IMG/VR virus record: IMGVR_UViG_3300050821_003452
Span: 1 to 64,000 of that record
From: a virus
Strand: one strand, 5' to 3'
Length of the DNA stretch: 64,000 nt
Every line of letters begins with the position of its first letter. Position 1 is the stretch's first letter. Below the pieces are notes generated by a model, which worked only from the letters and a program-made list of their open reading frames with translations, was not told where the DNA came from and did no database searches. Below, piece after piece: positions 54,553 through 64,000 of this stretch. The position numbers and the translations under genes are program-made.

Positions 54553-55050
54553 ATGGCTGATACCAACAGGATTAAGGAAAGGGCTATCGACGCAGCCGCG
54601 CTGCGCGAACAGCTTTCCTATGATCCTGTTTCTGGTGTGTTTGTTTGGCTGAATGACCGTGGATTTAATCCACGATCTAAAGCCGGCACACAGGCTGGAA
54701 CGGTATTGCCAACCGGCTATCGGTTAATCCGCGTAGATGGCTATCGTTATCTCGCCCATCGTCTTGCTTGGTTCTATGTCCATGGGGTTTGGCCCTCTGG
54801 TGAGATCGATCACTTAAACCAACAGAAAGACGATAATGCGATATCCAACCTGCGGGATGTTGATCGTAAGATCAATGTCTGGAACCGGGAAATGTCTCCA
54901 CACAAGCGTCGGTCTGGTTATGTTGCCCGTCTTTATCGAGACGGCAAAATTGTAATCAGGCGGCAATTCCCAACCAAAGAACTTGCGACATTGGCTAGAG
55001 AAATAGCCCTAGCGCAGTTCAATGCCTTAAACGGCTACGCAGGAGTATAA
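54553..55050 (+). CDS. HNH homing endonuclease
   Basis: YDP.SG.F.W, YLAHRLAW.YVHG.WP...IDH.N..K.DN.I.NLR. Confidence 0.9.
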   Translation: MADTNRIKERAIDAAALREQLSYDPVSGVFVWLNDRGFNPRSKAGTQAGTVLPTGYRLIRVDGYRYLAHRLAWFYVHGVWPSGEIDHLNQQKDDNAISNLRDVDRKINVWNREMSPHKRRSGYVARLYRDGKIVIRRQFPTKELATLAREIALAQFNALNGYAGV

Positions 55051-55053
55051 ATC

Positions 55054-55677
55054 GTGACCAACACAATGGCACCGTTTGGTTTCCGGCAGTTCCGTCGCCT
55101 TGATGGCGGCGCCCCGACTGCTGGCTTTGACACGCTGACCATCGCGTCCAGCGATACCAACCTCTATTTCACGGGCGATCCGGTCGCAACTTCGACCACA
55201 GGCCCGTATGTCACCACACTTTCAACCGTACAAGTGCTGGTGCGCGGCATCTTCTTTGGTTGCGAATTCTTCAGCCCGACTTTCAACCGCAAAACTTGGT
55301 CGCCGTTCTTTCCGGGCTCTGTCCAGACTTCATCTGGCACCAATGACGCTCAGGCGTGGGTCTGCACTGACCCCGATATGATGTATACGGTTCAGTGTTC
55401 ATCGATTGCCCAAGTCACGTCATCCATGATCGGCCTGAACACCGGCCCGAACATGAGCATCGCGCTGCTTTCTTCTCAGGGCAACCAGACCACGGGCGTT
55501 TCCGTGACAACCTTGTCCACGGTAGCGACGACTAACTCTTCCGCACCCTTCCGCATCATGGACTTGTATTCCAACTGGGCGCCTCCGGGCGTCAATGGCA
55601 CGGACAATACCAACGTGGGCAACATCGTGATTGTTGCGCCCAATAACTTCGACCGCAAGAATACCACCGGCATCTAA
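55054..55677 (+). CDS. Putative capsid decoration/structural protein
   Basis: APFGFR, FTGDPV, G.F.GC, V.TDP...Y.VQ; directly before major capsid. Confidence 0.65.
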   Translation: MTNTMAPFGFRQFRRLDGGAPTAGFDTLTIASSDTNLYFTGDPVATSTTGPYVTTLSTVQVLVRGIFFGCEFFSPTFNRKTWSPFFPGSVQTSSGTNDAQAWVCTDPDMMYTVQCSSIAQVTSSMIGLNTGPNMSIALLSSQGNQTTGVSVTTLSTVATTNSSAPFRIMDLYSNWAPPGVNGTDNTNVGNIVIVAPNNFDRKNTTGI

Positions 55678-55689
55678 GGAGTAATCTAA

Positions 55690-56604
55690 ATGCCCGTCGC
55701 ACTAGCTCAAATTCGTGACTTGCTTCTTCCCGGCCTGTGGGGCGTGAGTGGCAAGTACGAGCAGATCGAGCGTCAGTGGTCCAAGTTGTTTAAGACCACG
55801 GACAGCAAGATGGCGCTAGAGCGCCGGGCGTCCATGCGCTATCTGGGCCTCGCCCAGCTTAAGCAGGAAGGCGGCGTTACTGCCTTCGACAATTCAGCCG
55901 GCGAGCGGTATGTTTATAACCAAGAACACAACGAAATCGGTCTGGGTTATGCCATCACCCGCAAAGCCATTGATGACAACCTCTACAAGGCAGAGTTTGG
56001 ACCATCCAACGATGGTTTGATGGCCTCTTTCCAGCAGACGGAAGAGATATACGGCGCCAACGTGTTCAATACTGGCACCACGTTCAATGCGAACGTGGGC
56101 GGCGATGGTGTGGCACTTTACTCAACTGCGCACCCGATTGACGGCAATACCATCGGCAATCGTCCGACCACCGATCAGGACTTGAACGAGACTTCGCTGC
56201 TGAACGCCGGCATTTCCGTGCGCTCGACTTGGCGAGACAACGCTAATCTGAAGATTTACGCTCGCGCCAAGAAGACGATTATTCCGACCCAGCTTGAGCC
56301 GATTGCGCTACGCCTGTTCAGATCAGAGCTTCGTCCGGGCACGGCAGACAACGATGTTAACGCCATCCTTGGAATGAACGATAGCTTCAAGGAAGGCTTT
56401 ATCGTTAACGACTATCTGACAAGCTCGTTTGCTTGGTTCTTGCTGACCAACGTGGACGGCCTGATCTACATGAACCGTATCCCGTTTGAGATGGACATGA
56501 GCGTGGAGTTCACGACTGATAACCTGCTGGTCAAGGGTTATCAGCGTTATAGCTTCGGCTATTTCGACTGGCGATCCACGTATGGGAACTTTCCTACGAG
56601 CTAA
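55690..56604 (+). CDS. Major capsid protein
   Basis: LLPGL..G, GLA..K.EG, LGYAITRKAIDDNLY, GGDGVAL.STAHP, GTADND.NA, RYSFG..DWR..YG. Confidence 0.9.
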   Translation: MPVALAQIRDLLLPGLWGVSGKYEQIERQWSKLFKTTDSKMALERRASMRYLGLAQLKQEGGVTAFDNSAGERYVYNQEHNEIGLGYAITRKAIDDNLYKAEFGPSNDGLMASFQQTEEIYGANVFNTGTTFNANVGGDGVALYSTAHPIDGNTIGNRPTTDQDLNETSLLNAGISVRSTWRDNANLKIYARAKKTIIPTQLEPIALRLFRSELRPGTADNDVNAILGMNDSFKEGFIVNDYLTSSFAWFLLTNVDGLIYMNRIPFEMDMSVEFTTDNLLVKGYQRYSFGYFDWRSTYGNFPTS

Positions 56605-56615
56605 GGAACAGGAAA

Positions 56616-57575
56616 ATGGTTCTCATAACCAACACCGGCCCTATTGTTGCGTTTGGTATTACTCGCGACAGCAACGGCAATGTTACGCAGTACAATGAAG
56701 AGCGTGGCACTTCGCTTTACGATCTTGGCACAGGATTTGCGGACCCGCGCATTCCATATGCTTATAAACCCGGCTCCGCAGTCGGCACTCCTATTGTTGG
56801 GTTCTTCGATAATCTGGGGCTAGTGGATTACATTCCAGCTACCGCCTCTAGCAATGCTCTTGTTAGCAACGGCTCTAGCACTGTTAACGGCTCACTTACA
56901 CTGACCGCAACTGGTGCCGGCGTGATTGCCACGACTATTGTGGCACCAGAGAGCGGTCAGACTGTTACTGTATTTGCTCTAGACAGCACTGCGGCAACCC
57001 TTCCTATGGGTCAGGCCGGCACGGTCCAACTTTGGAACCCCGCCGCTGGTGCGGGCCGTTGTATTTCTGTTACGGCTTCTTCCAGCGGCAGCACTGGCGC
57101 CACGGTCAGCATCGCTGGCCGCGATATGTACGGCATCAAGATGACTGAGTTGGTTACGCTCAGCACGGCAACTGCGCCCGCAGTTGGAACCAGCCAGAAA
57201 GCGTTCAAATATATCTCGTCCATCACGGCATCCACCACGTTCACTGCTGGTTTCATTGTGGGCACCACGGACACCTTCGGCTTCCCGTTGAAGCTGGCAT
57301 ATTGCGGTGTCAGCACCGTGGTTAATCTATTGGCCTCGTCCTTTTCTTCTGCTGTTGCCGTCGCACTTTCTTCCGCCTCAACCACGTTGGCGTCAACGGC
57401 TACTACGTCAAACTCTACCAATGGTGACGTGCGAGGTACTTATGCTTCCACAACTGCATCCAACGGAACCTTGCGGTTTCAAATAGTCCAGAATATGACT
57501 GCCAACCAGATGGCGGCTATCACCAGCACCAACCACGCTTCTGTGTTTGGTATTCCTCAGTTTAGCTCAGTGTAA
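56616..57575 (+). CDS. Ser/Thr-rich virion structural protein
   Basis: G.D.YG..MTE, KAFKYI, GTTD.FG.P, TNGDVRGTY. Confidence 0.7.
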   Translation: MVLITNTGPIVAFGITRDSNGNVTQYNEERGTSLYDLGTGFADPRIPYAYKPGSAVGTPIVGFFDNLGLVDYIPATASSNALVSNGSSTVNGSLTLTATGAGVIATTIVAPESGQTVTVFALDSTAATLPMGQAGTVQLWNPAAGAGRCISVTASSSGSTGATVSIAGRDMYGIKMTELVTLSTATAPAVGTSQKAFKYISSITASTTFTAGFIVGTTDTFGFPLKLAYCGVSTVVNLLASSFSSAVAVALSSASTTLASTATTSNSTNGDVRGTYASTTASNGTLRFQIVQNMTANQMAAITSTNHASVFGIPQFSSV

Positions 57576-57584
57576 GGAGACCAT

Positions 57585-57884
57585 TTGATGGCCAAGCACA
57601 GGCACGAAAAGCACAAAAAAGAGCATGAGAAGAAGGAACACTTCAAGCGTGGCGGGCACGTCAAGCTGGATGCCAAGGACGACCTCAAGGGCGCCGATGA
57701 CTACTCTGGTAGCGGCAAGCCGGAAGTAGTGAAAGCTGCCGAGAGCCGTAAGGATAGCTTCAAGAAGGGCGGCAAGGTTATGGGCCACAAGTCCAAGGCC
57801 CGCATGGACAAATATGCCCGTGGCGGTCGCGCTGGCGGGTCCCCGTTCTCGTCTGCCAAGATCAAGGAAAATACGGCGGCTTAA
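57585..57884 (+). CDS. Small basic protein with three xxGG motifs
   Basis: FKRGGHV, FKKGGKV, YARGGRA. Confidence 0.65.
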   Translation: MMAKHRHEKHKKEHEKKEHFKRGGHVKLDAKDDLKGADDYSGSGKPEVVKAAESRKDSFKKGGKVMGHKSKARMDKYARGGRAGGSPFSSAKIKENTAA

Positions 57885-57886
57885 CC

Positions 57887-58069
57887 ATGGCCAAGAATTG
57901 GATAAAGGGAGCTATCAAACATCCCGGGGCTTTGCATAGTCATCTGGGTGTTCCGCAAGGTCAGAAAATTCCTGCATCCAAGCTTGCGAAGGCAAGTCAT
58001 TCATCTAATCCGACTATTAAGCGCGAAGCCGCTCTTGCCAAGACCTTGAAGGGCTTCCACCACAAGTAA
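57887..58069 (+). CDS. Small basic conserved phage protein
   Basis: WIKGAIKHPGALH..LGV..G.KIP..KL.KA....A.LAKTL. Confidence 0.7.
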   Translation: MAKNWIKGAIKHPGALHSHLGVPQGQKIPASKLAKASHSSNPTIKREAALAKTLKGFHHK

Positions 58070-58080
58070 GGAAGCTCTTG

Positions 58081-58422
58081 ATGCCTATGATGCCGGTCTA
58101 CATTACCCTGAGTTCGACCGGAACCTCACGGGCGGTCAATCTCGACTATAATTCCAGAAGTCCATTCAATGTCTCCGTTGGTGTGACTTACGGCTCCAGC
58201 ACCATGACGGCGACCTATGGCGTGGAATACACGCTTCAGGACCCGCTCTATCAGAGCCTAATTGGCTCGACTGCCGCGCAAATCTGGATCGCGGACGCCA
58301 ATCTTCCTGCCGGCCAGACCGCGACCGGTACCACCAATTATATGTTTCCTGTGGCGGCTGTGCGCTGCACAGTAAGCGCAATCTCGTCTGGCTCAGTGAC
58401 CTTCTGCGTGATGGAAGGATAA
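58081..58422 (+). CDS. Putative virion structural protein
   Basis: VEYT.QD...FPV.AVR beta-rich pattern. Confidence 0.6.
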   Translation: MPMMPVYITLSSTGTSRAVNLDYNSRSPFNVSVGVTYGSSTMTATYGVEYTLQDPLYQSLIGSTAAQIWIADANLPAGQTATGTTNYMFPVAAVRCTVSAISSGSVTFCVMEG

Positions 58423-58429
58423 CTGATGC

Positions 58430-58663
58430 ATGGCGGTTTCCCTTACAGGCATAACGGTCACGCTGCCATCGGTGGGCGTATCTTTAACTCCGACGACGCT
58501 TCAGTTACCATGGGGAGCGGTGTCTGAGAGTTTGTTGCTGACTGTGAGTATACCGGGATCGACTACTGGAGGATCAACAAGTAGTTCCAGTCCAACGCAT
58601 ACACTGATCTTCACTGGTTCCTCTAACTCGATGTATATTCCCTTGATGGGAGGCTTTGGCTAA
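58430..58663 (+). CDS. Ser/Thr-rich small structural protein
   Basis: L.F..S.NSMYIP C-terminus. Confidence 0.55.
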   Translation: MAVSLTGITVTLPSVGVSLTPTTLQLPWGAVSESLLLTVSIPGSTTGGSTSSSSPTHTLIFTGSSNSMYIPLMGGFG

Positions 58664-59501
58664 CGTGGCAGATAATTATACGGTAATAAATTCCTGCGGC
58701 CAGACCATCACGATGAAGTCCATCGATATCGGCGGTGGGGTGGAAACTATTCAATCCATCCCAACCTCTACTGCTGGGACACCGCTTGTACTGAACCCAT
58801 CCAGTACGCCTACCAGCACCATGGCGGCGATGTTGGTGGCCATCTCTCCTAATGGAGTAAACGCCAACGGCCAAGCGACAATGGCCAACTCGGCTCCTGT
58901 TACGATTGCCAGCAATCAGAGCGCTGTGGCGGTTAGCCTGTCTTCGGCTACCGTTACTTTATCCAGCAATCCAACAGTAATTCTATCGAGCAACCCCACG
59001 GTTATTCCATCATCTGCGATACAAGTTACCCTGACAAGCAATGTGGTCGCCGTATCCTCTGGAACAGTAACTCTCTCATCCAACCCAACAGTCATTCCAT
59101 CCAGCGCCCTTACCGTTGGCTCTGGAAATATTTCATTGGTGCCAACCACCACGGGTGGGCTTTCGCTATCTTCTGTAATCATAGCGAGCGGGACCAATTC
59201 CACGCTGGTTAGCTCGTCCCCCAGACAAATCTACAAGGTGGAGTGTTTCAATAACACGGCCACCATCGGTTATCTGCATCTCTACAATCTATCCAGCGCG
59301 CCAACCGCTGGTAGTTCTCTTGTATTCGATAGATATCTGGTTCCGGCCAACACCAGTGGCGCAGGCGTCATCTCGGAACTTGTCAATGGCGTGTCATATG
59401 CGACGGGGATTGGATATACCTTTACTGGAGGTATTGCAGATAGCGATACCACGGCCATCTCTTCAAATGCTTCCTATATCGTGAATATTTACTATAAGTG
59501 A
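58656..59501 (+). CDS. Ser/Thr-rich structural protein with V(T/I)LSSNPTVI repeats
   Basis: GQATMANSAPV.IASNQS; three V.LSSNPTVI repeats. Confidence 0.7.
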   Translation: MANVADNYTVINSCGQTITMKSIDIGGGVETIQSIPTSTAGTPLVLNPSSTPTSTMAAMLVAISPNGVNANGQATMANSAPVTIASNQSAVAVSLSSATVTLSSNPTVILSSNPTVIPSSAIQVTLTSNVVAVSSGTVTLSSNPTVIPSSALTVGSGNISLVPTTTGGLSLSSVIIASGTNSTLVSSSPRQIYKVECFNNTATIGYLHLYNLSSAPTAGSSLVFDRYLVPANTSGAGVISELVNGVSYATGIGYTFTGGIADSDTTAISSNASYIVNIYYK

Positions 59502-59509
59502 GCATGTAA

Positions 59510-60340
59510 ATGGCCACTTATTTTTGTGTAAACAGTTCACTAGGACAGACTTGGAATAGCAGTAATACTGTTATGTGGTCTACCACCAGCGGGTTGACTT
59601 CGGTTCCTGCTGGACCACCACAGGCCGCCGACACGGCTACATTTGATGGAGCGTCTGGCGGCGGCACAGTCACGGTTGGTTCCAGCATCAACACCACTAA
59701 CACCGTGTCTATTTTGACCATGGGAGCCTTCACTGGAGCGCTGGATTTCAGTGTAAACAACATCAGCCCAACCATAGGGACCATGACTAATTCCGGAACC
59801 GCAACCCGAACTCTTAATATGGGAAGTGGCACTTGGACAATAACCGGAAATACTGGAAACCCTTGGAATTTTACAACGGTTACCGGCCTAACTCTAGTTT
59901 CAAGCCTGTCCACAATATTACTATCCGCCACGGCGGCGGGATCAAGAACCCTTCAATTCGGGGGGACGACAATCAACAATCTATCCATCTCAAACCCATC
60001 TAGGAATAATTTACAGGTCAGGTTTGCCGATGCTGTGACGGTGGGCGGGTCTCTCACGATAAGCAATGTTGGGAACGTCCGCGTGGACGCCGCATTAACA
60101 GTGACTGGGGCTTGGGCATTTGATGGTACTTCTACAAACCCAGCGGTTCTTTATTTATCAGCACCGACGACGTTTACTGTGGGTGCCGCAAATACTTGGA
60201 CGTGGATATATGTACAAAATATAACCAAGGCCGGCGCCGGCTCAATTACCGCCAATAATTCTTTCGATGGCGGCTCCAACACCAACATCACCATTAATTC
60301 ACCACCCTCTGGTGGTGGCGGGGGTATAATTGGTGGATAA
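59510..60340 (+). CDS. Thr-rich beta-helix-like structural protein
   Basis: WSTTSG....P..AD.A.FD..SG.GTVT; RTLNMGSGTWT. Confidence 0.65.
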   Translation: MATYFCVNSSLGQTWNSSNTVMWSTTSGLTSVPAGPPQAADTATFDGASGGGTVTVGSSINTTNTVSILTMGAFTGALDFSVNNISPTIGTMTNSGTATRTLNMGSGTWTITGNTGNPWNFTTVTGLTLVSSLSTILLSATAAGSRTLQFGGTTINNLSISNPSRNNLQVRFADAVTVGGSLTISNVGNVRVDAALTVTGAWAFDGTSTNPAVLYLSAPTTFTVGAANTWTWIYVQNITKAGAGSITANNSFDGGSNTNITINSPPSGGGGGIIGG

Positions 60341-63300
60341 TGACGGTTGGAATACTCAATATTGCCGCCGCCCTAGCACCTTCTTCTGGGTTTAACGGCG
60401 GCCAATCCCAGATGAATATGAGCCAGCTTAACTTTGCTGCTGTCCCATTCATTAATCTCGCCAAGACCGCCACGCTTCCGACAATTAGTTCTGCCGATGC
60501 CAATAATGGCTTTATCGTCAGCCCTAGTTTGCAGGACGCTAATGGCTATGCAACGTCACTTCCAGTTGGAGCCACGGGTACTCGACAAAATGCCCCAATC
60601 GTCAACCCATCGGCGCGCGGAACGACGCCTATTGTGGTCCGGTGGATTGGCTCATGGACGCTGACGGGTTCGGCTGGAACGGCGGTTTCTAACAATGTCA
60701 CAGCGGCCAACAACAGCACGACCGTCACGCTCACGGTCGGATCGCCCCATTATTATCGTGCTGGACAGGTGGTAGCACTTTCCACGTTTGCCGCGCCGTT
60801 CACTGGCTTCAACGGGCACACCTACCAGATAGCATCCACCACGACGACGACGATCACGCTGACCGGAGCGGATAGTTCTGGCTTTGGTGCTTATGTCTCA
60901 GGTGGCACCGTAACCAACTCTCTCTTGGCAGGAACTACGGGCGGTAGGTACGTCTACACTCCGGCAGAGATCGCAATCACGGCTATTAGCTCACCTAATG
61001 TCCAGCTAGGTTTCTCCGTTACGGGGTCAACTCCGGTCAGCGAGATCGAGGCGATGTACGTTGACGAAGAGGCGGCCTATGACGCCGGTGCTGTATTTTC
61101 TCCAAAGTTCATAAGTTTGTTGCGCGATACATTGCGCGTAGGAAAAATTCGCTTTCTCGACTGGCAGGGTGGATCGAGCGGAGCAAACAACTCCAACGTC
61201 ACAACGTGGGACACGGCGAGCAAACCAGAAACCTATGTAAGCTATGCGGGCGACTGGTGGGACCTTAACCGCTGGGTACCGACCGTCACCGTTGGAACTG
61301 GACCACCCACATCGGCCACAGGTTCTACGCAGGACTACGCGATCACTGTTGGCAGTGGCAACTTCACCGACAAGCAGACTATCCAGCTTCGGTTCCCGCT
61401 GACCGCGAATGCAAATTCCACGCTGACTTGGAGTGGAGGCACCGCCACCGTGACTACAGCATCTCCACATAATGTGCCAACCGGGTTGCTTTTTCCCGTT
61501 ATCATTGCGGGGGTGACGGCCACAGCCTATAACGGAAACTTTACTGCGACATCGACCGGCGCTAGCACATTCACCTACGCACTTGCCGCCAGTCAGTCCG
61601 ACGCGACCGTTCCCGGCACCTATGCCATCCTTGTCAACTCCATGCAGAAGAACGTCACGCTGTCCGGCACGGTCGGAAGCGGGGCCTTGCAGGTGGCATG
61701 GCCGGCCCACGGTTTTTCGAGTGGCACGCCACTTGTCGGGTTTCCGACGAGTGGCAGCACGCAATTGCCAAACCCAATAGCATTCAGCACGACCGTCTAT
61801 GTTGGAACAGTCGTTGATGCCAACACTTTTAATTTGTCGCTAACTGCTGGTGGCGCGGACATTATTAGACAATCGACTGGGGCCACTGCTGCTACTTTTG
61901 TGCGGCCAGCAACGCTTTCAATCAATGGCAATACGCCTGTTCCAATCAAGATTGGATATGGAGATGCGGCTACTGCTGGGGCGCAACCGGACAATGCGAG
62001 CTACAGCACGGTCGTCTTTGACGCAGCCATGAACTCGCTTCTGCTATGGAAGCACTCTTCAAATGGTGGGGGCATTATCAACGGCGTCCCGCCATCGCTG
62101 ATGTTCCGGCTATGCAAAGAAGTCGGCGCTCACTGTTGGTTTGTCACTCCGTTCCTAGCCGCCGAACCGATGACAGATTACATAGCGCAACTTATGACGG
62201 CAGGTAAAAATTATGCAGCATCCAACGCCCCGTGGATGATGATTGGGATCGAAGGACCAAATGAAACATGGAACAGTGGGCCCAACTTCTTCGCCACCCG
62301 TTACGCTTGGAATAAATCCTACATCAATTGGCCCCCATCTCCTTCAAGCACCAACGCCGGGTTTGATCATGATAACTGGTATGGCAAGGTAATCTCAACT
62401 ATCGGACAGGACGCTAATACGGTGTTCGGCGGCAATACTACTAAATACGATGTTTATTTGGGTGTCAGAGAGTCGAATGGGGGCGTGCCGACGCTAAATG
62501 ATCCGCGCCTGAAGGCTACTGCCTATGCTGCCCAATCAGCACCAGCGCAATCTGGATACAACAAAAATCCCGGCTATATGTATGCCACTAATGGCTGTAC
62601 AGCGGGGTATTTTGGCCCCGGCTTCTACGGATGGCCTCCCGAAATGCCGCTAGCCTACGACTTCGCCGTCAACGGCAACGCTGGTGCGATGACCACCTAT
62701 CTTGCCAGTTACACGGTCAGTGGCATGCACACCGGCAGCTTGGCGACACTTGCAACCAGAATTAGTGGGACGGCAACATACTTTGCGGGACCATGGGGGA
62801 CTGGTCCAACCTACACGCTTGGCCTTCAAGGGTATGAAGGTGGTTCCGATGCGGAAGACGCCGCAGGTAACAGCACATCGGTCGTGACCGCCGCGACGAA
62901 TGACGCGACCGGAGCGGTGCTAACGATGCCGACCGCTTTCATCACCGGCAATAATCTGGGAACCGCTCAATCTAACAGCCCAACCAACGCGGCGGCAGTC
63001 GGCATGATGTTTCAGGTGACTGGAGCAGCAGGCGGAACATGGGGCAGCTTGATAACCGGGGCAGCACAGAGCCAGAACGTCAGCGCCATCAGCGGGGCAG
63101 ATATTCCATACACGGGGACTGCCATTGTGGGGCAGGGCGTTAATTTCACAGTAGGTAACACAAGCTCGACGCTGCCGGCCAACCTTGTCAATGGCGTCAC
63201 CTATTACATTGTCAGCGTCAATGCCGGGGTTTCGCTTGAGGTTTCGGCCACTAAGGGTGGCTCGCCAATCAGCCCGAGCGGAGGCACAGGCCAGATCACC

Positions 63301-63660
63301 GTGCAGCCGGGCTGGGTTGTGAAGGCTATCAATGTCGGCAGCGATCCGCTTAAGGTGCAGATTGACGTTGATAGCTCCGGCTTTGGTACCTACACCGCAA
63401 GTTCTGCGACTGTGACCTACATCAACGGCATCAATTATCTGAACTCGCTCCGTCGCGCAGTTCGAACAAGTTCACTATTGCAGAACTACTACTACGGTGG
63501 GGCCTCATCCTACATCGGAACATGGACAACGGCAGGGGCGACTTGGCCGTCGCATTACCACTTCTTTGGTGCGCTCAATGATCCGTGGGGAATTTTTGAA
63601 CCTAGTTCCTACGCCACGATTTCCCCTTCTGGGTTGGCCATAGCGGCATTTAATGCCTAA
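60340..63660 (+). CDS. Large tail-spike/receptor-binding protein with glycoside-hydrolase-like core
   Basis: IRFLDW, L..EVG..CW, IE.PNETWN and GYEGG resemble TIM-barrel GH acid/base and nucleophile motifs, interleaved with Thr-rich beta domains. Confidence 0.55.
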   Translation: MTVGILNIAAALAPSSGFNGGQSQMNMSQLNFAAVPFINLAKTATLPTISSADANNGFIVSPSLQDANGYATSLPVGATGTRQNAPIVNPSARGTTPIVVRWIGSWTLTGSAGTAVSNNVTAANNSTTVTLTVGSPHYYRAGQVVALSTFAAPFTGFNGHTYQIASTTTTTITLTGADSSGFGAYVSGGTVTNSLLAGTTGGRYVYTPAEIAITAISSPNVQLGFSVTGSTPVSEIEAMYVDEEAAYDAGAVFSPKFISLLRDTLRVGKIRFLDWQGGSSGANNSNVTTWDTASKPETYVSYAGDWWDLNRWVPTVTVGTGPPTSATGSTQDYAITVGSGNFTDKQTIQLRFPLTANANSTLTWSGGTATVTTASPHNVPTGLLFPVIIAGVTATAYNGNFTATSTGASTFTYALAASQSDATVPGTYAILVNSMQKNVTLSGTVGSGALQVAWPAHGFSSGTPLVGFPTSGSTQLPNPIAFSTTVYVGTVVDANTFNLSLTAGGADIIRQSTGATAATFVRPATLSINGNTPVPIKIGYGDAATAGAQPDNASYSTVVFDAAMNSLLLWKHSSNGGGIINGVPPSLMFRLCKEVGAHCWFVTPFLAAEPMTDYIAQLMTAGKNYAASNAPWMMIGIEGPNETWNSGPNFFATRYAWNKSYINWPPSPSSTNAGFDHDNWYGKVISTIGQDANTVFGGNTTKYDVYLGVRESNGGVPTLNDPRLKATAYAAQSAPAQSGYNKNPGYMYATNGCTAGYFGPGFYGWPPEMPLAYDFAVNGNAGAMTTYLASYTVSGMHTGSLATLATRISGTATYFAGPWGTGPTYTLGLQGYEGGSDAEDAAGNSTSVVTAATNDATGAVLTMPTAFITGNNLGTAQSNSPTNAAAVGMMFQVTGAAGGTWGSLITGAAQSQNVSAISGADIPYTGTAIVGQGVNFTVGNTSSTLPANLVNGVTYYIVSVNAGVSLEVSATKGGSPISPSGGTGQITVQPGWVVKAINVGSDPLKVQIDVDSSGFGTYTASSATVTYINGINYLNSLRRAVRTSSLLQNYYYGGASSYIGTWTTAGATWPSHYHFFGALNDPWGIFEPSSYATISPSGLAIAAFNA

Positions 63661-63710
63661 ATCGGACTTGCACCGATAGAGGTTTATATATCGAAAATGG
63701 TAATCAATAT

Positions 63711-64000
63711 ATGACCATTGGACTTCATCAAGTAGCTAAGCCATCCACGCTGGTAATCACCGGAACACCAATAACTGTGACTCAAATCAACGTGCCATAT
63801 ACTGGATTTAGCGTCATCGGAGATGGGGGTACACCCCCGTATATATATTCTCTTACCAGCGGAACATTCCCACTTGGGTTAACCATAAATTCTTCCAGCG
63901 GTCTTGTAAGCGGGACGCCTCTGGCGGTAATATTGTCATCCAGCCTTACGCTTCAAGTAACCGATAAATATGGAAGAACCGCTCAACTGGCGTCTTTTTC
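63711..64000 (+). CDS. Putative Ig-like domain protein (3' truncated)
   Basis: GGTPPY.YS..SGT.PLGLTINSSSG.VSGTP; runs off the window. Confidence 0.7.
   Translation, partial: MTIGLHQVAKPSTLVITGTPITVTQINVPYTGFSVIGDGGTPPYIYSLTSGTFPLGLTINSSSGLVSGTPLAVILSSSLTLQVTDKYGRTAQLASF

Noticed and set aside
54455-55053. Group I intron around the HNH gene near the capsid genes
   Set aside because: The HNH is free-standing between intact genes and no intron core elements were recognised

Overview
The window is a large part of a tailed dsDNA bacteriophage genome, probably podovirus-like, with an alphaproteobacterial host suggested by a GcrA homolog. No integrase or host housekeeping genes are visible. Layout: 1-8.3 kb, ejection proteins, tail fibre and lysis genes (+). 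8.5-14.5 kb, HNH, Erf/YqaJ recombination and a ParB-like gene (-). 14.5-19 kb, divergent control region with Cro-like HTH, GcrA, AAA ATPase, RusA and a replication initiator with internal iterons. 16.8-21.7 kb and 31-37 kb, arrays of small accessory genes. 21.7-29.2 kb, a minus-strand early-type operon (MoxR-like AAA, VWA protein, many small ORFs). 29.2-31 kb, non-coding divergence region. 37-45 kb, a pseudaminic/nonulosonic-acid-type sugar pathway plus two atypical tRNAs (-). 46.4-64 kb, terminase large subunit, portal, scaffold, major capsid and Ser/Thr-rich virion proteins (+). Main unexplained signals: (1) about 18 small accessory proteins, many with SH3/KOW-like N-termini, end in one shared acidic helical C-terminal tag; (2) a covarying RNA hairpin with an asymmetric internal loop and an alternative 3' hairpin recurs 9 times (plus 2 divergent copies) between stop codons and ribosome-binding sites in the early operon; (3) a phage-borne nonulosonic acid pathway next to very Ser/Thr-rich virion proteins; (4) a CCCA-N3-TGGG palindrome at several promoters; (5) two tRNAs that both lack U33. 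Family names come from manual motif recognition, not database searches.
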